The translations under genes and the position numbers were made by a program. 64,000 nt of DNA, from positions 157,170,001 through 157,234,000 of the forward strand of contig OZ024743.1 of NCBI GenBank assembly GCA_964016885.1, in the 5' to 3' direction. Shown here piece by piece: positions 38,607 to 52,950 of this stretch (position 1 is the first letter of the stretch; the number at the start of each line of letters is the position of its first letter). The notes beneath the pieces are model-generated. The model did not search any database. It was not told the DNA's origin and saw nothing but the letters and a program-made list of their open reading frames with translations. The stretch comes from Eledone cirrhosa. Its lineage: Eukaryota.

Positions 38607-38789
38607 ATTCATTAAGGTAAGTCAGGGGCATAACGATATAGCATGGACATATGTATTATGTAAACATTATATGATCAATTAATTTCAGTCAAAGATGTTT
38701 ATGCAGGAGGCAATGTAAAAAGGGTATGTAGGAAATGTTAATATTTATAGTTGTGGCGTGTGTAAACAGTAAGCATAGATGTGTAAAGT

Positions 38790-39050
38790 TCAAATAAATA
38801 TATTAAACAAACATTTAATGAATAATGAAATGGTATGGGTTATTTTCTTCCTTAATGTTCCTGTATAAGGTATTACTAGCTTAACTCGATGTTTATGTCG
38901 CCGTGTCATAATCGGTGTTTGAATAATATCGTATTTGACATTCCTAAATATAATACACCGATTTAGATTACAACAGCTTCTACGAAACTTTAAGTAAGCG
39001 ATGGTGTTGAAATGTTGATAATAACGGTTGGTTTTTGAAAAAGTTAATGA
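38790..39050 (-). mobile_element. Possible decayed CR1/L2-type LINE 3' fragment
   Basis: LKFRR...TRRHKHRVKLVIP..T.RK resembles the CR1 C-terminal L..RR / TRGH..KL motif. Confidence 0.3.
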
Positions 39051-39638
39051 TTTAGTAGAAAGCGAGTTAATAAAATAAGGGAGGCAATTATTAAAATGTA
39101 AAAATAAATGTTCATCAATGTAAAAATAAATTTTCATCAATGTAAAAATAAATGTTCATCAATTACTTATAGAATTTATATATTCATGTATTTATATATA
39201 ATTAATAAATTTATTTATTAATTAATTTATTTATTATTTAAATATTCATTTCATATGTTTATAATTTTATCCTTTTCCAGATTATATAAAGAATGACAAA
39301 TTATTAATTTGGCGATGAAGTTATACAATAGTGGATAATTTCTGATGGAATAAAATATGTGTCTAGTTTATGAGCACTATTACCAGCTAATAATGTGTGT
39401 TATAACACTTTTCAATATTTTACTATCTTTTCATTGTAATATTATTTTGTCTTTCTTGCTCTTCAACATAATGTTAATGACACTATTAATTATAATGTAA
39501 CTTAATGAATGTTCTAAAGACTAGGAATTTAATTACTTGTTTTAACATTGTATATGCTCCAATGAAACTAGACATTTGTCTGGAAGAAACTATCGTCAGC
39601 AATTAAATGCATTAAACAAAAATGTGATTGTTTTCTAT

Positions 39639-39706
<68 letters not shown>

Positions 39707-39842
39707 CAAAAGTGATATTCAATTTGTTGGTAATTCAACAATTACAAAGGTTTATAACTGATTCAAAGCACTCGACAGTGTTTCGGGAGTATAATATTAA
39801 ATGATATGAATTATATGGAAACTTTATTTATAAAACCATATT

Positions 39843-39903
39843 TATTCTATTATATATATTTCAAGGGTACCGAAACTTTGCTACGCCCTCATCAGCTAAA
39901 ATA
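39843..39903 (-). ncRNA. Type-I hammerhead motif in PLE pLTR
   Basis: tattttag-CTGATGA-gggcgtagcaaag..cggtaccctt-GAAA-tatata-TA-atagaata. Confidence 0.7.
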
Positions 39904-42900
39904 CAAGGTTTGTTTTATAAATATTGACATAACCAGCAAAGAAGAACTTAACTGTTCAACCTTTTCCTGGATCGTGAAGGAAAGAAGGGAAAGAGAAGAA
40001 AAGTCAAACATTTAAATAACTATTAGGATATATGTATGTGTAGGAAGAAGAAAGAGAAAGAAAAAAGAAGAGATTGTATTTATGTTAATTTAAAAGGAAT
40101 TAACAGTTTGTGGAATGGTGGAATATGATTCCAGAATTTAAAATTATTTAGCTATATTATGAGTTATAATATTGTATATATATAATCAATTAGATTATAT
40201 TAAGAATTATGGTTGTAAGAACATTGTATCTCATTACATTACAACAGGTTGTAAGTATATAAATATATATATAGATTAATAATTGTGCAAGTATAATATT
40301 ATTGGTGATTTTATTGAAATAAATCACAATTATTATTTGTTTACATTTTTCATATGAGTTACGAAGGTTGTTGATTTTGCATTTTACGTAAAAAAATACG
40401 TAGTTCAAGTTGTAAGAGAACAATTTGTAGATTCAAGTAATTTGTTCCAACATTGAAAATGTTTTCAGAATATTGTTAATTTAGCGAAGTTATATAGTTT
40501 ATCATACATGTTATGTTTATGTTTGTTCGATTGAAAAGGAAAAGATAACTACAATCTTATTTGCTAACCATTAAATTTGATGAATGATTTACTCAGAAAG
40601 TATGTAGAGAAAATTATATATTATTTCGTGTGAGATTATATTTTTCAAAGATGATAGTTTCAATTATATATTATTTTAGTCGAAAGATGTGTGAATAGTT
40701 TGAAGATCAAAGAGGAGAAAAAAAGTATTGTGCATTTCAAAGAACTATCGTAAAGGGGATATCTTTCAGAAGGTCAATTAAAGATTATCAATCTACATCT
40801 AAAAATTAGATTTAGAAGAGTATCAGTAGGAAAATAATGTCAAATGGTAAAAATATTAAAAATAAGAAGGAATATCATTTAAATATTTTGTTTAATTTTT
40901 AAAGAAATAATCAGTTAATAATAGGATCATTTTAAAGGTGTATAAGATATAGTCATGTGTAATGAATATCATAAATTAAAAATACTTCTGAAAGTGGAAT
41001 TTTGGCGATGTCTGCAACTAGAAAATAATTCTGTTTTAAGATTAATAGAGTTTTGACAGTTAATTATATAAAAAATATTTTCGATACACAAATGACAGAT
41101 TTTTGAGAAAGCCATATTTCAGTATGCAGCTGCTTTCGAAATCTTTCCCCAAGATATTGAATAGTCTATATTGTTGTATTTTCAATTCCAAATTAAATGT
41201 GAAAGTGAAGCGAAATATTTTTTTATCGGACCTATTAAATGTATGTTTATGGTTCTTTGAATTTTGTAGAAGTGGCACCTATATAGTTAAATATTTTGTC
41301 TCTAGTTTTAACTGTGCATTTATAAATTAGGTTTTTGTCTAAGCAATTATTTTGTAAAGGGAAGTTTGATTTATTTCTACAGTTACATTTTCTGAAGTTG
41401 TTATTAGGAATATTGTTGTTAGAAATATTATTATTTCTATCTTGGTTTGTTTGGTTGTGTTTAAATTTAATTTTCTATTATGAATTCTATTTATATTTTG
41501 TGCCATGTTCATAGTAGTAGAGTAGGATAGTTTTATAGTGTGTCTGTTAAAATTAGAGTGGTATCTGTGGGCTTTGGGAAAACACTCATCTAGTGCTTTA
41601 ACAAATAGCTTTGCTAAAGGTCTTTTAACGCCTAATGAGAATGAGAATGTGGGAGAGTAATACTTGTAGTTCTAGTTTTTTGTTTGGTTTACTGGTTAAG
41701 TTGAATTGTTTATTGTTATTATAATGAATGATTTATAGAATGATTTGTCATGTTATCGTTATCTATGTATTTAATTTTATTCTAGTATACTGCTCTATGT
41801 AAAGCCTCATTGTAATATTCTGCCTTATCATCAAAAATATTTTTATTAGCAGAGATGCGTGAAATCCGTTGCTGGACGCTGTTGACAATAGTGTTTTTTG
41901 TATATTTCTAGGAAGGTTAGAATTGAAACTTACGTAATTTAGATTTTCGTTAATTTTATGGAATGGATAGTAAAGAACTGAGCTAAAGTTTAAGGTTACA
42001 TCTAAGAAGTTTACGATTTTGTGATTATTTTCGATTTCTAAATTAAGGTTCTAGTTGTTGAAAAATTGTATTATGGATTTCTTTTTCCTATTAATTTCAC
42101 TATTGCTATGGTTTTCACTTAAAAGTAACATATCGTCGCGATATAAACCTCCGGTCATCTCTGGCATTTCTCTATGCAGTACATTATTAATAAATAATCC
42201 AACGATGTCCGTTACTTGCGCCGAGTCAGATGATCCCATAGTGATATCAAAATTGTTTATTTCTGTCGGCTCTTGTCCAGAGATAATTATTAAATTATAT
42301 TAGGGTTTTAGGCGCTGTTAGAATTATATTCATTTCTTCACTCTATAGGTCTGTATGTTTAGAAGCGTAGATAAGTGCCATATTTGGTAAGCTAGGGGTA
42401 ATAGATGAGTTGTAATTTGCAATATCCATTTGAATGAATTTTTTATTTTTTTTATTTTATGTTTTTAAAGCAATCTATTACTTCGTTAGTACCGTTTCAT
42501 AGTTTAAGGTGTTATTTTTCTTTAAGTAGTGGTATAATTCTATCTAGTATATGCTTGCTAATTATGCCTAAGTCAGATTTAGATGGTGCGATGAGTCTGA
42601 TTGGTAGTTCAATTTCAAAAATTATTTTGTGGTCCTTCAAGTTAATCTTTGGGTTTCTAGGTATAAAGGGTTCAGTCCTATTTTGAATGCCTAATTTATA
42701 ATTAATTTCCTAAGCTTCCTTATTTAAGGTTGAAATATTTTTATTTGATGTCATTTTGTAGTTTTTCCGGAGTTCTTTCAGTATAAGCTTATTATAGTCG
42801 TCCTTTTCCATACCATATGAATTATTTGTTTTGTCAGATTTTACAAAGATAAAAAATCTTCCACTGCACTTTCACATTTAATTTGGAATTTAAAAGACAA

Positions 42901-44239
42901 CAATATAGACTATTCAATATCTTGGGGGACGATTTCGAAAGTGCCTGCATACCGAAATATGGCTTTCTCAAAAATCTGGCATTTGCGTATCGAAGAGTTT
43001 TTTATAGATAATTAACTGTCAAAACTCTATTAATCTTAAAACAGAATTATTTTCTAGTTGCAGACATCGCCAAAATTCCACATTTAGAAGTATTTTTAAT
43101 TTATGACATTCATTACACTTGACTATATCTTATACACCTTTTTAAATGATCCTATTATTAACTGAGTATTTCTTTAAAAATTTAAATTTTGTAAATGATG
43201 TTCCTTCTTATTTTTAATATTTTTACCATTTGACATTATTTTCCTAATGATACTCTTCTAAATCTAATTTTTAGATGTAGATTGATTATCTTTAATTTAC
43301 ATTCTGAAAGATATCCTCTTTACGATAGTTCTTAAAAATGCACAATACTTCTTTCCTCTTCTTTGATCTTCAAACTATTCACACATCTTTCGACTAAAAT
43401 AATATATAATTGAAACTCTCATCCTTGAAAAAAATTAATTTCACACGAAATAATATATAATTTCCTCTACATACTTTCTGAGTAATTCATTCATCAAATT
43501 TAATGGTTAGCAAATAAAATTGTAGTTATCTTTTCCTTTTCAATCGAACAAACATAAACATAACATGTATGATAAACTATATAACTTCGCTAAATTAATA
43601 ATATTCTGAAAACATTTTCAATGTTGGAACAAAATACTTGAATCTACAAATTGAACTACGTTCTCTTTTACGTAAAATGCATAATCAACAACCTTCGTAA
43701 CGCATATGAGAAATGTAAACAACTAATAATTGTGATTTATTTCTATGAAATCAAAAATAATACTTATATTTGCACAATTATTAATCTATATATATATATT
43801 TATATACTTACAACATGTTGTAATGTAATAAGATAAAATATTCTTAAAACCATAACTCTTAATATAATCTAATTGATAATAGATACAATATTATAACTCA
43901 TGATATAGCTAAATAATGTTAAATTCTGGAATCATATTCCACCATTCCACAAACTGTTAATTCTTTTTAAATTAACGTAAATACAAGCATTCTTTTTTCT
44001 TTCTCTTTCTTCTTCCTACACATACATACATATATCCTAATAATTATTTAAATCTACCTAGCGTCTAAAAATAACGTATTTTGCAGCCCTATACCTCTAC
44101 CACCTTTGCATACTCATTTTAATAATTTGAAAGTTTTGACTTTTCTTCTCTTTCCCTTCTTTCCCTCCATATCCAGGAAAAACTTGAACTGTTAAGTTCT
44201 TCTTTGCTGGTTATGTCAATAATTATAAGACAAACTTTG

Positions 44240-44300
44240 TATTTTAACTGATGAGAGCGTACCAAAGTGTTGGTACCCTTCAAATATATATAATAGAATA
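44240..44300 (+). ncRNA. Hammerhead motif copy with core mutation (GAAA to CAAA)
   Basis: CTGATGA-gagcgtaccaa..ttggtaccctt-CAAA-tatata-TA-atagaata. Confidence 0.6.
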
Positions 44301-44339
44301 AATATGGTTTTATAAATATAGTTCCCATTTATTTAATAT

Positions 44340-44413
<74 letters not shown>

Positions 44414-44611
44414 GTACATAGAGTTATGTATTCAATTATGACATAGACAATAAGTTCATCACTCTGGTGTGTTTTTTATCCCGTATGTGTACTCCTTTCG
44501 GTATGCTGATTTATTAAGAGCCCGAGTTCTATTCCTCGAGCTCATTAAATTATAGGATGTTGATGTGAGTCTTTAACTCCGTATTCTAATTTTTAATTTG
44601 ATATGTGCGTT

Positions 44612-44642
<31 letters not shown>

Positions 44643-45291
44643 GTGTGTGTGTGTGCGTGTGTGTGTGTGTGTGTGTGCGTGTGTGTGTGTGGGTGTGTAT
44701 GTGTGTGTGCGCGTGTGTGTGTGGGGGGGGGGGGTGACAAATTTTCAATATTTTTGCAAATTATTGCAAGAATATATCTTTTGCATCAAGTTCCAAAAAC
44801 AGTTCTTAACTTTTTTCACTTTTTTTTATTTTAGTATTCGTACATTAATATTTTTTCCTAATTTTTATTTAATTTTGTAATTTGCATACGTGCACCAAAT
44901 TATTCATAAAAATTAGTGCACAAACCATATGATTATTGATTTGTTTTCACTTCCACACGTTTAACACCCGATGAAGCGAAAGAAAAGTATAAAAGAGACT
45001 AGGAAATAAATATAGAAAAAAAAAACACAACAAAATAATACAACATTAACTTGTGAAGACGTAAAAAATTAAGAGATTAATATAGTGATCCTAATATCCT
45101 ACCTTATCGGGTTAGAAGGAAATTTCATTTTTTTCTCATTTATTTAAATTTAGCGAATAACTTTCTCATAATACTTGCTTGATTCGGTAGTTTTACTTGT
45201 CCATGTATGTGAGTGTTTGTGTGTATGTATGTGCGTGTGGGTATATTTAGGGTTGTTTATTAATTAGAAACTATTATTTATTTATTAAATT

Positions 45292-45482
45292 AGGGCGGGG
45301 AATTGGCAGTATCGGTAGAGAGTTGGACGTCATGCTTTCTAGCATAGTTACGTCCCTTTACAGTCTGAGTTCAAATCCCGCCGAGGTTAACTTTGCCTTT
45401 CATCCTTACGGGGTCGATAAAATAAAGTACCAGTAATGTACTGGTTAATTGCTGGCCTTGTGCCTAAAGTAGAAACAATTAT
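45292..45482 (+). mobile_element. tRNA-derived SINE, full length
   Basis: A/B boxes; TSD-like tatt..ttattaaatt on both sides. Confidence 0.92.
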
Positions 45483-45570
45483 TTATTTATTAAATTCTTT
45501 CTGACAATCGTCCAGTTGTTACGCATCAGATATATGAATAATAAAAGGAAAAATATAAAGCAACTTTCGT

Positions 45571-45750
45571 CGGCAGTATCGGTAGAGGGTCGGACGCCAT
45601 GCTTTCCAGCATAATTACGTCCCTTTGCGGTCTGAGTTCAAATCCCGTTCAGGTTAACTTTGCCTTTCATACTTACGAGGGTCGATGAAATAAAGTACCA
45701 GTAATGCACTGAGTAATTGCTGGGCTTGTGCCAAAAGTAGAAACGATTAT
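45571..45750 (+). mobile_element. tRNA-derived SINE
   Basis: ggcagtatcggtagagggtcggacg..gagttcaaatccc..aagtagaaac. Confidence 0.9.
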
Positions 45751-47249
45751 AAACAGAAAGTAGTCGAATGACGGTGCATTTCCTAGAACGGAAGCAAAAT
45801 GGGCATCCGTGCACGTAGATGATCCCACGTGGGCTGATGCCTCTTTCTGGCCATTCTGGGGTTGATACGCCCTATCATTTGTCTATTTTCTTTAGTGAAA
45901 TTATAAATACGGCGAAAGCTACTAATCCAATAGAATTTTCAAATTTCGATTGCCACCAACTTCAAAATACGTGATGATATACATATATGCATTTAGTATA
46001 ATAAACGTAGATATTGAATGGATTATAAGTGACATATTGGGGATCGAATTTTATAAGGAGCATAGTCTCTTCAAACTTTACAACAAAGAAATGGTTTAGT
46101 AAGTCATTGAAGTATAGAGGGACGTGTACGTAGAAAATAAAAGAGTGAATGAGTATAGAATAAGAGAGTGAACTTGTGTTTAGAGATGACGGTATTCGTT
46201 GGTCTATATTGAAATACCTAAAGCTTTGTCAATGATTAGTAAAATAAGATACAGTAAGCGATTGTAAATGACAATAAGATAGGGTAAAATGTTTAGGAAA
46301 TAAGTGAAAGATGTAATTAAATAGAGTAAACTGGAAAGGTAGTTGCTTCAGTCTATTACAATCACACTACTTACAAATAAGTTGGGCTATTGCTGTAGAT
46401 TAAATTGCTAGCAATGTTATCCCTACCTCCAGTGTCGTTGTTATCGTTTTTGTTGTTAAGACACCTGTCCTCCCTAATCGACCAAACATCATTAAAAGCG
46501 TTCAACCTATGATCACTTTGGTTTTAGGGGCATCTGGGAATACAATATTCAATCTATCCTCTTTTTACAATAACATTTGATTGATTTGATGCTGCTCTTT
46601 CTGACATCTTGTATGATATATTTGAGGCTTTCTCTATTTTACTTGCTGCTGGTATTTGTCTTTAGACACGCCGTGATTTTTGGTATTTAACAGATAACGC
46701 TGTCTACTCTATCAAGTCACGATATAAGTTTTGACATATATCACAGTTTGTAAATTAGAAGAGAAACGTAGCAGGATGAAAATAATAATTAAATTTTGGT
46801 TGAACACCCGCACATAAAGAAAGAATGTCGACTCTTGTAAGCTGCATTACTAGCAAAGCAAAGTTTGCATGGTCTCGGCTGATTAATGTGCTCGAATCGA
46901 GATTTTAGCCTCGACCGTGTGGATCCATAATGCATAAAAAAGTGGGTAACTACATCATTTAAGTGCTTCCCGTTGCGTCCAATGCATCCAATTTTAATAT
47001 GCAGCATAAGCGGCCTTTGTTTTTCTAATCATAAAAGCAGCTGTGTTTTTTCATATTTTAGATGATTGTTTTATTTCCTCTTTGTTATTAGTATTAGAGA
47101 TCAAAGTCGAATGTCTACCAGTGATAAAACTATATTTAATGGGTGTATTACATACAATAATATTGAATAATCTGTATTAATTATGAATACAATCGGTAGT
47201 GGTTGAGGAAATAATAATAAAAAATTATTGTGGTAACGTACTTCTGTTT

Positions 47250-48300
47250 CTGAGTGTTAGTCTTCTTCTTCTTCGCCCACATATTCCTGAGAGATTACAA
47301 AACTAACCAACTGAAAATACCAACTAAATCTGTGACTTGAGCTGAATCACCTGATCTAGTATTAAAATTATCAGGGCCGTTTTTTTCGGGTCCAAAGGTA
47401 GCCATCAAATTCAAATATAATTTTCTTAGTTGTTAGTATTATATCAATTTCAGTTTTAATTAAATTACTAAAATGTTTTGCCATATTTAAGGCTCGGTTT
47501 AAGAGATTAGAGGAGATAAAGGAATAAAACTATCTTTATCGAATTGTATAAAGCTTGATTTAATTTTATCTCGGAGTTTAGTGAACCAACTCAATAATTC
47601 ATCAGTGTTGTTCCACATACTTTAGCTAAGATTTTGTTTGAAATAAGGGATTATTATGTCAAAATTTATTTACTGATTCAACCTAGGTCTGACGTGGTGG
47701 AGGAAACAAGTCTGACAGAGGGGTTATTATTAAAGTCTGATTTATTGTCTTGTAAATTTAAATTTAGTTTATTTACTATGAGGTTAATTTCCCTATTAAT
47801 ATTATGAAGGTTCTCTTTAGTTGTTTTACGGTCGTTCTTATTTAGTTCTTTATACACGAAAGATGTATAAGTTGGAAAATCTACACTGTATACATTTTTT
47901 GATTTATCAGCTAATACAAATAGATTTATTACTGTATTTGAAATTGCGTACAATGGAATTAAGATCATAAATGAAAGGTTTCGCTTCATAAATTTAATCT
48001 TTTTTAACCATATTAATTAAGTCATTTTCGAAGTTATTATGTAAAGTGAGGGGGGCTTCGGTATAATTTACAACCGAACAATGTCACTCTATATTGTTTC
48101 TTGGTATGCAATCAGTCATAGTGAAATGAGCACGATCTTATTCTTCTGGCTAAAGAATTGGCACTGTCGATCAATTGCTTGCGATAAGATTGATCAACCG
48201 GTATGGATATATTCGTAAGTGCTGTTGGAAAATATTCCTTGGTTAGCATCTTTCCAAAGAGGGATTTTACGACTCCAGATTGGTAGAGCAGCTTCAATAA
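47250..48300 (-). pseudogene. Decayed PLE N-terminal/RT fragment
   Basis: LADKSKNVY, FNNNPSVRLVSSTTSDLG, WNNTDELLSWF..FIQFDKDSFIP; same clade as 26.5 kb. Confidence 0.7.
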
Positions 48301-49779
48301 TATAGGTGATTAGGAGTTCCTGAAGAAATGCAGTTTTATGTATTATGTATAGTGGTAATAATTGCTAATTAATTATTTCTGATTTTCTTTTCGCATGCAT
48401 CTAATATTGGAACTGTAGTCAAATGGACGTACAAATTAAAGAATGAATTTAAATGTTTAACCTTGGTATTTTTTTCATTTGAATAGTAATGCCCTTCTAC
48501 ATAAACTCTCCTCAACAACAAGAACTTTAACTTTCAAAGATTTATTCGTCTGTTTTAAAGTCCGTATGAGCTAAGGATTTTCGTTTTTATAGATCTTTTC
48601 TCACCTTACCAAAAATATAAAAGGAATACGCCATTATATATATATATATATATATATATAAGTATTAAAAGCAAAAGTATTGAAAAGGATGAGATTGAAT
48701 TGAAAAGAATAAAGGATGTAATTATAACTAGGATTAGTATAGTTACCGTGAGCGGATACGGGACTACTGTTTACGAGCCATGTTCCACCTATTATACCTT
48801 TCATCCAACTGCCTATAGCTTACTCATTTCACTTCACACCTAGCTTACCCCTCAATCCTCACTTACGTGACACTACCAGGGACTCCGTGCAAGTATGTCT
48901 ACATAACCCACCATACCTATAAACATATTGCTTGACGTACACGAACGCATTATATTTACCTGCCCAAGCCTGACCACGTATCTACCGCTCAAACGGTTCC
49001 GTGACTTCATCGTCAAACGAATAACAACCTACTAGCAAATCTGCTTCCTAAGGAAATCTAAAATGCACAACGTAACACCATAGTCTGTAAAACATTTAGA
49101 GATTGCTGCCTCTTCTCTGGGATCCAAGAATAACATCCTTAAGTATATTATCAACCGAATGATTTGATATAAATGCAAAAATATCCACTAATTCAACAAG
49201 AATATCTCCTACAAACGCGTCAACCGGCGAACGCATAATCAACACTTAATAGAGGTAATAAATCAAGTGAAATGCAAACACTACCAGTCGGAATCAAATT
49301 AAAGAATGAATTTAACACCAAATTCGAACGCCTCCTCTTAATTTATTAACCTGCCATTGAACCACATTGGCATATGGTTGGACAATATATGTGTCCCTGG
49401 ACGCTTTTTGCGTGTAGGGATATATACTTTATTATTATTATTCTCCTCTTAGTCGAGATAAAATTTGGTCGTTTTGTTATTTTCTTGATGAAGCATGATA
49501 TTTTAGGATATTCAGATCAATATAAGAAGTAGCGGCGTTAAGGTGAGATAATTATTACTGAATCAAAGTTATGTCGTGGTCTCGAGACGACAAGAACCGA
49601 TCGCTTGATCAATGGCGCCCAATACCTAGTAAAAGCACACATTAGAAAGATAAACCAACAACAATCCAACCAAGGGAAAAGATCAGCCAACAGAATGTAT
49701 CATTCAGTTGCCATAAAAAACAAAAAATAGACCATTGGGGTTTAAAAACATCTAATCATATCTCACTATATTAGTCTTA

Positions 49780-49968
49780 GGCGGTGGATTGGCAGTATCG
49801 GTAGAGGGTCGGACGACTTTTTTTGACGCATAGAGTTACGGCCCTTGCCATTCTGAGTTCAAATCCCGCCGAGGTTAACTTTGCCTGTCATCCTTACGTG
49901 GTCGATAAAATAAAGTACCAGAATGCACTGGGTAATTGCTGGCCTTATGCCAAAAGTAAAAACAATTA
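49780..49968 (+). mobile_element. tRNA-derived SINE with TSD tatattagtcttagg
   Basis: A/B boxes; flanking duplication. Confidence 0.9.
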
Positions 49969-50496
49969 TATTAGTCTTAGGCTGTCAGCATGGTGGATTT
50001 ACTTCTTTCTCCTCTACATATATTTGTTTACATTGTGCTGTTGTTATTGTTGTTGTCATTTATATGTTATTTATTTGGAAACCTATTCTCTAGACACTAA
50101 TCTCTCTTCGAAAACAAATACCAAACCTATTTTATTGTCAACAAGTATGGCAATTTAATATCCATACACTGATAGTTTATAATATCTTTGTGGAGTTTCA
50201 TGCGGTTGTTTTCTGAGTATGGTTTTTGACTTGCTAGCATAGTTTTGTAAATGTTACGTTATTTGTATTAATATTATTGTTTGTATGTTTGTGTGCTCTT
50301 CTACATGTATCTGTATTAGAGAGATTTGTTTTATTGTATTTCCAGTAATCATCAATGATACACGACACATTCAAATCAACACTGAACCACATCTCCCTTA
50401 CCAGTGTTGTTTTTCCCTCTCTCTTCTCGCACAGGCACACACACAATTACATACATTGATATATATGCATATACATTTCACACACACACATATATT

Positions 50497-50547
<51 letters not shown>

Positions 50548-50587
50548 CATATATAACATATATATATATATATATATATACATATAA

Positions 50588-50679
<92 letters not shown>

Positions 50680-50705
50680 TTATATATATATATATATATA
50701 TAAAT

Positions 50706-50804
<99 letters not shown>

Positions 50805-51232
50805 AATTATATATAATCAGTGTTTTCCCAACGGATGGATACGCAAAACTGAGAGCCAACGCAGTTCGGATTATGCTGTATTCCTATATCTATTCTACAT
50901 CTAATCATATATCAAGAGCTACATATATTTGTAGTCGAGGCACGAACGTAACTATGTATACATATTTTCTTTATAAGGTGAGATTTTTAAAGTATTAATA
51001 TTGTTTCGATTTTAGGTAACTTGCTCACAATATGGAAAAGATAATGAAATGATATATATATTTTATTTCTTTACTATACGAGAAGTTAGTTGAGCAAATT
51101 TTTATGGGTTCCAAAGCCTACTAAAATAAAGATAGTAACAGACATGTTTTTTCACCTTCAGCATTCAAATATAAAAGATGTAAAGATAGGAACATCAATT
51201 CTACACACACACACTCACACAAACACACACAA

Positions 51233-51292
<60 letters not shown>

Positions 51293-51304
51293 ATATATAT
51301 ATGT

Positions 51305-51670
51305 ACGATATTAAACAAATGGAAACTATATTTATAAAACCTTATTTATTTCATTATACATATTTCGGGGATACCATATTAAAAATATGGTATGCCTTCT
51401 TCAGATAAAATACAATATATAAACAGTTTTATAAATAATGTTGACGTACCATAAATATTGACCAACCATTATGTAAGAAGCTGGTTTGGAAGCTTCTTAC
51501 ATAATGGTTGGTCAATATTTATGGTACGTCAAAATTATTTATAAAACTGTTTATATATTGTATTTTATCTGAAGAAGGCATGCCATATTTTTAATATGGT
51601 ATCCCCGAAATATGTATAATGAAATAAATATGGTTTTATAAATATAGTTTCCATTTGTTTAATATCGTAT
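51305..51670. repeat. Near-perfect fold-back (~178-bp arms) of a PLE pLTR fragment carrying an HHR
   Basis: Arms meet at gaagct-ggtttgga-agcttc (~51477-51496). Confidence 0.92.
51561..51626 (+). ncRNA. Type-I hammerhead motif
   Basis: tattttat-CTGAAGA-aggcatgccatatt..aatatggtatcccc-GAAA-tatgta-TA-atgaaata. Confidence 0.68.
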
Positions 51671-51981
51671 ATCTACTCCAAAACTTGTCGAGTGCTTTAT
51701 ATCAGTTATAAAATATTTACTTGTTGTAACCCAACAATTTTATATAAAACTTTTGCATATATATATGTATATATTTATTTATTTATTTATTTATTTATTT
51801 TGTTATTTATTTAGTTATATTTGGGGAGGATCATATTGTTATAATATTGCTAGAAATAATAATAAAACACACTCACAGCTCGGTTTTGATTGGTTTTCTC
51901 TTCTCTATCTTTTATATCTCCATAGTTAATTTATCTGGCAATCAATGTTCATCATTGATTGACCAACGGTTGAAAGTACAG

Positions 51982-52084
<103 letters not shown>

Positions 52085-52159
52085 AATAGCTTAGAGTTTA
52101 GACTCAATGAGGTCATTTACAATCATTTCAGCTCTAGGAATCGCTTCTGAGCAGTATAA

Positions 52160-52392
52160 ATTAATATTTGATGAGCATTTACATGTTTTAGTTGCAATTG
52201 ACTAATAAGATCGCTAGAGTGAAAAATCTTAATTCAACAACATAAGGCTTTTTGCCCATATGAGTCTGTGAGTATTGATTTATTATTTTTTTTAGATCGT
52301 ACAGGCAGACTTTATGTTGTTGAATTAAGATTTTTCACTCTAGCGATCTTATTAGTCAATTTCAACTAAAACATGTAAATGTTCATCAAATA

Positions 52393-52398
<6 letters not shown>
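52160..52398. repeat. Inverted repeat (~85-bp arms, ~65-bp spacer) ending at (TA)n
   Basis: 52160-52245 versus 52311-52398. Confidence 0.85.
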
Positions 52399-52440
<42 letters not shown>

Positions 52441-52605
52441 GGGGGGGGGGGGTGAGGGGGGGGGGTGAGGGGGGGGGGGGGGTGAGGGGGGGGGTGAGGG
52501 GGGGGGGGGTGAATGTAAGTATGCTATAACTGGCAATATAGTCTATGTTTAATTAAATTCTATAAGAATCCAGCTTCTATAATTTTCGGCAAAGTTCGGC
52601 TAGTG

Positions 52606-52652
52606 CTAGGCTCTGATGAACTCCAACAGTGTGAAACAGATCTGTCTGCTTA
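52606..52652 (+). ncRNA. Minimal type-I hammerhead motif (solo pLTR fragment)
   Basis: CTGATGA (52613-19), actc-caaca-gtgt, GAAA, palindromic CAGATCTG, TC; stems I and II imperfect. Confidence 0.6.
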
Positions 52653-52814
52653 TCTCCTTTCCTTTACTGAAAAAAAGAAATAAGTGACATAGTCACTACT
52701 TTAAAATAATTGCGCAAGGTCTTCAAAATGTTTTTAATTAAAGATACACTATATTGCCATATATACTATTCATACATTCATGTATACATCGCTATTTCAC
52801 AGCACCAATCCTAA

Positions 52815-52950
52815 TATATATATATATAGTCTATCAAAGTTCTTTCGTCATACATTTGTGACATCATCAGTGGTATTAATATGTTTCCTCCCGTTATATT
52901 ACAATACATGACAAACTGACGTATACATTTGTAGATATTTCGAGTTTCTT
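52815..52950 (-). mobile_element. 3' end fragment related to the 20-22.5 kb PLE, with HHR-like core
   Basis: Minus reads acca-CTGATGA-tgtca..tgac-GAAA-gaactttgatagactatata, matching 22440-22497. Confidence 0.6.

Larger units (their letters stand above)
39705..44345 (-). mobile_element. Degenerate Penelope-like element (same clade as 26.5 kb) with ~1.4-kb inverted pLTR (39800-41210 versus 42860-44345)
   Basis: Minus: FDITMGSSDSAQVTDIVG..GGLYRDDML (42051-42250), VNFLDVTLN, GIY-YIG remnants at ~41000-41350; inverted arms; HHRs in both arms. Confidence 0.88.

Noticed and set aside
45755-47010. Possible host exons in unique-looking DNA (also 2800-3030, 36830-37140 and 53100-53340)
   Set aside because: No recognisable protein motif or convincing splice/ORF pattern; cannot be excluded without RNA-seq
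48740-49130. CR1-like LINE 3' fragment
   Set aside because: Only a faint resemblance (NLLPKEI..KTF); too decayed to call
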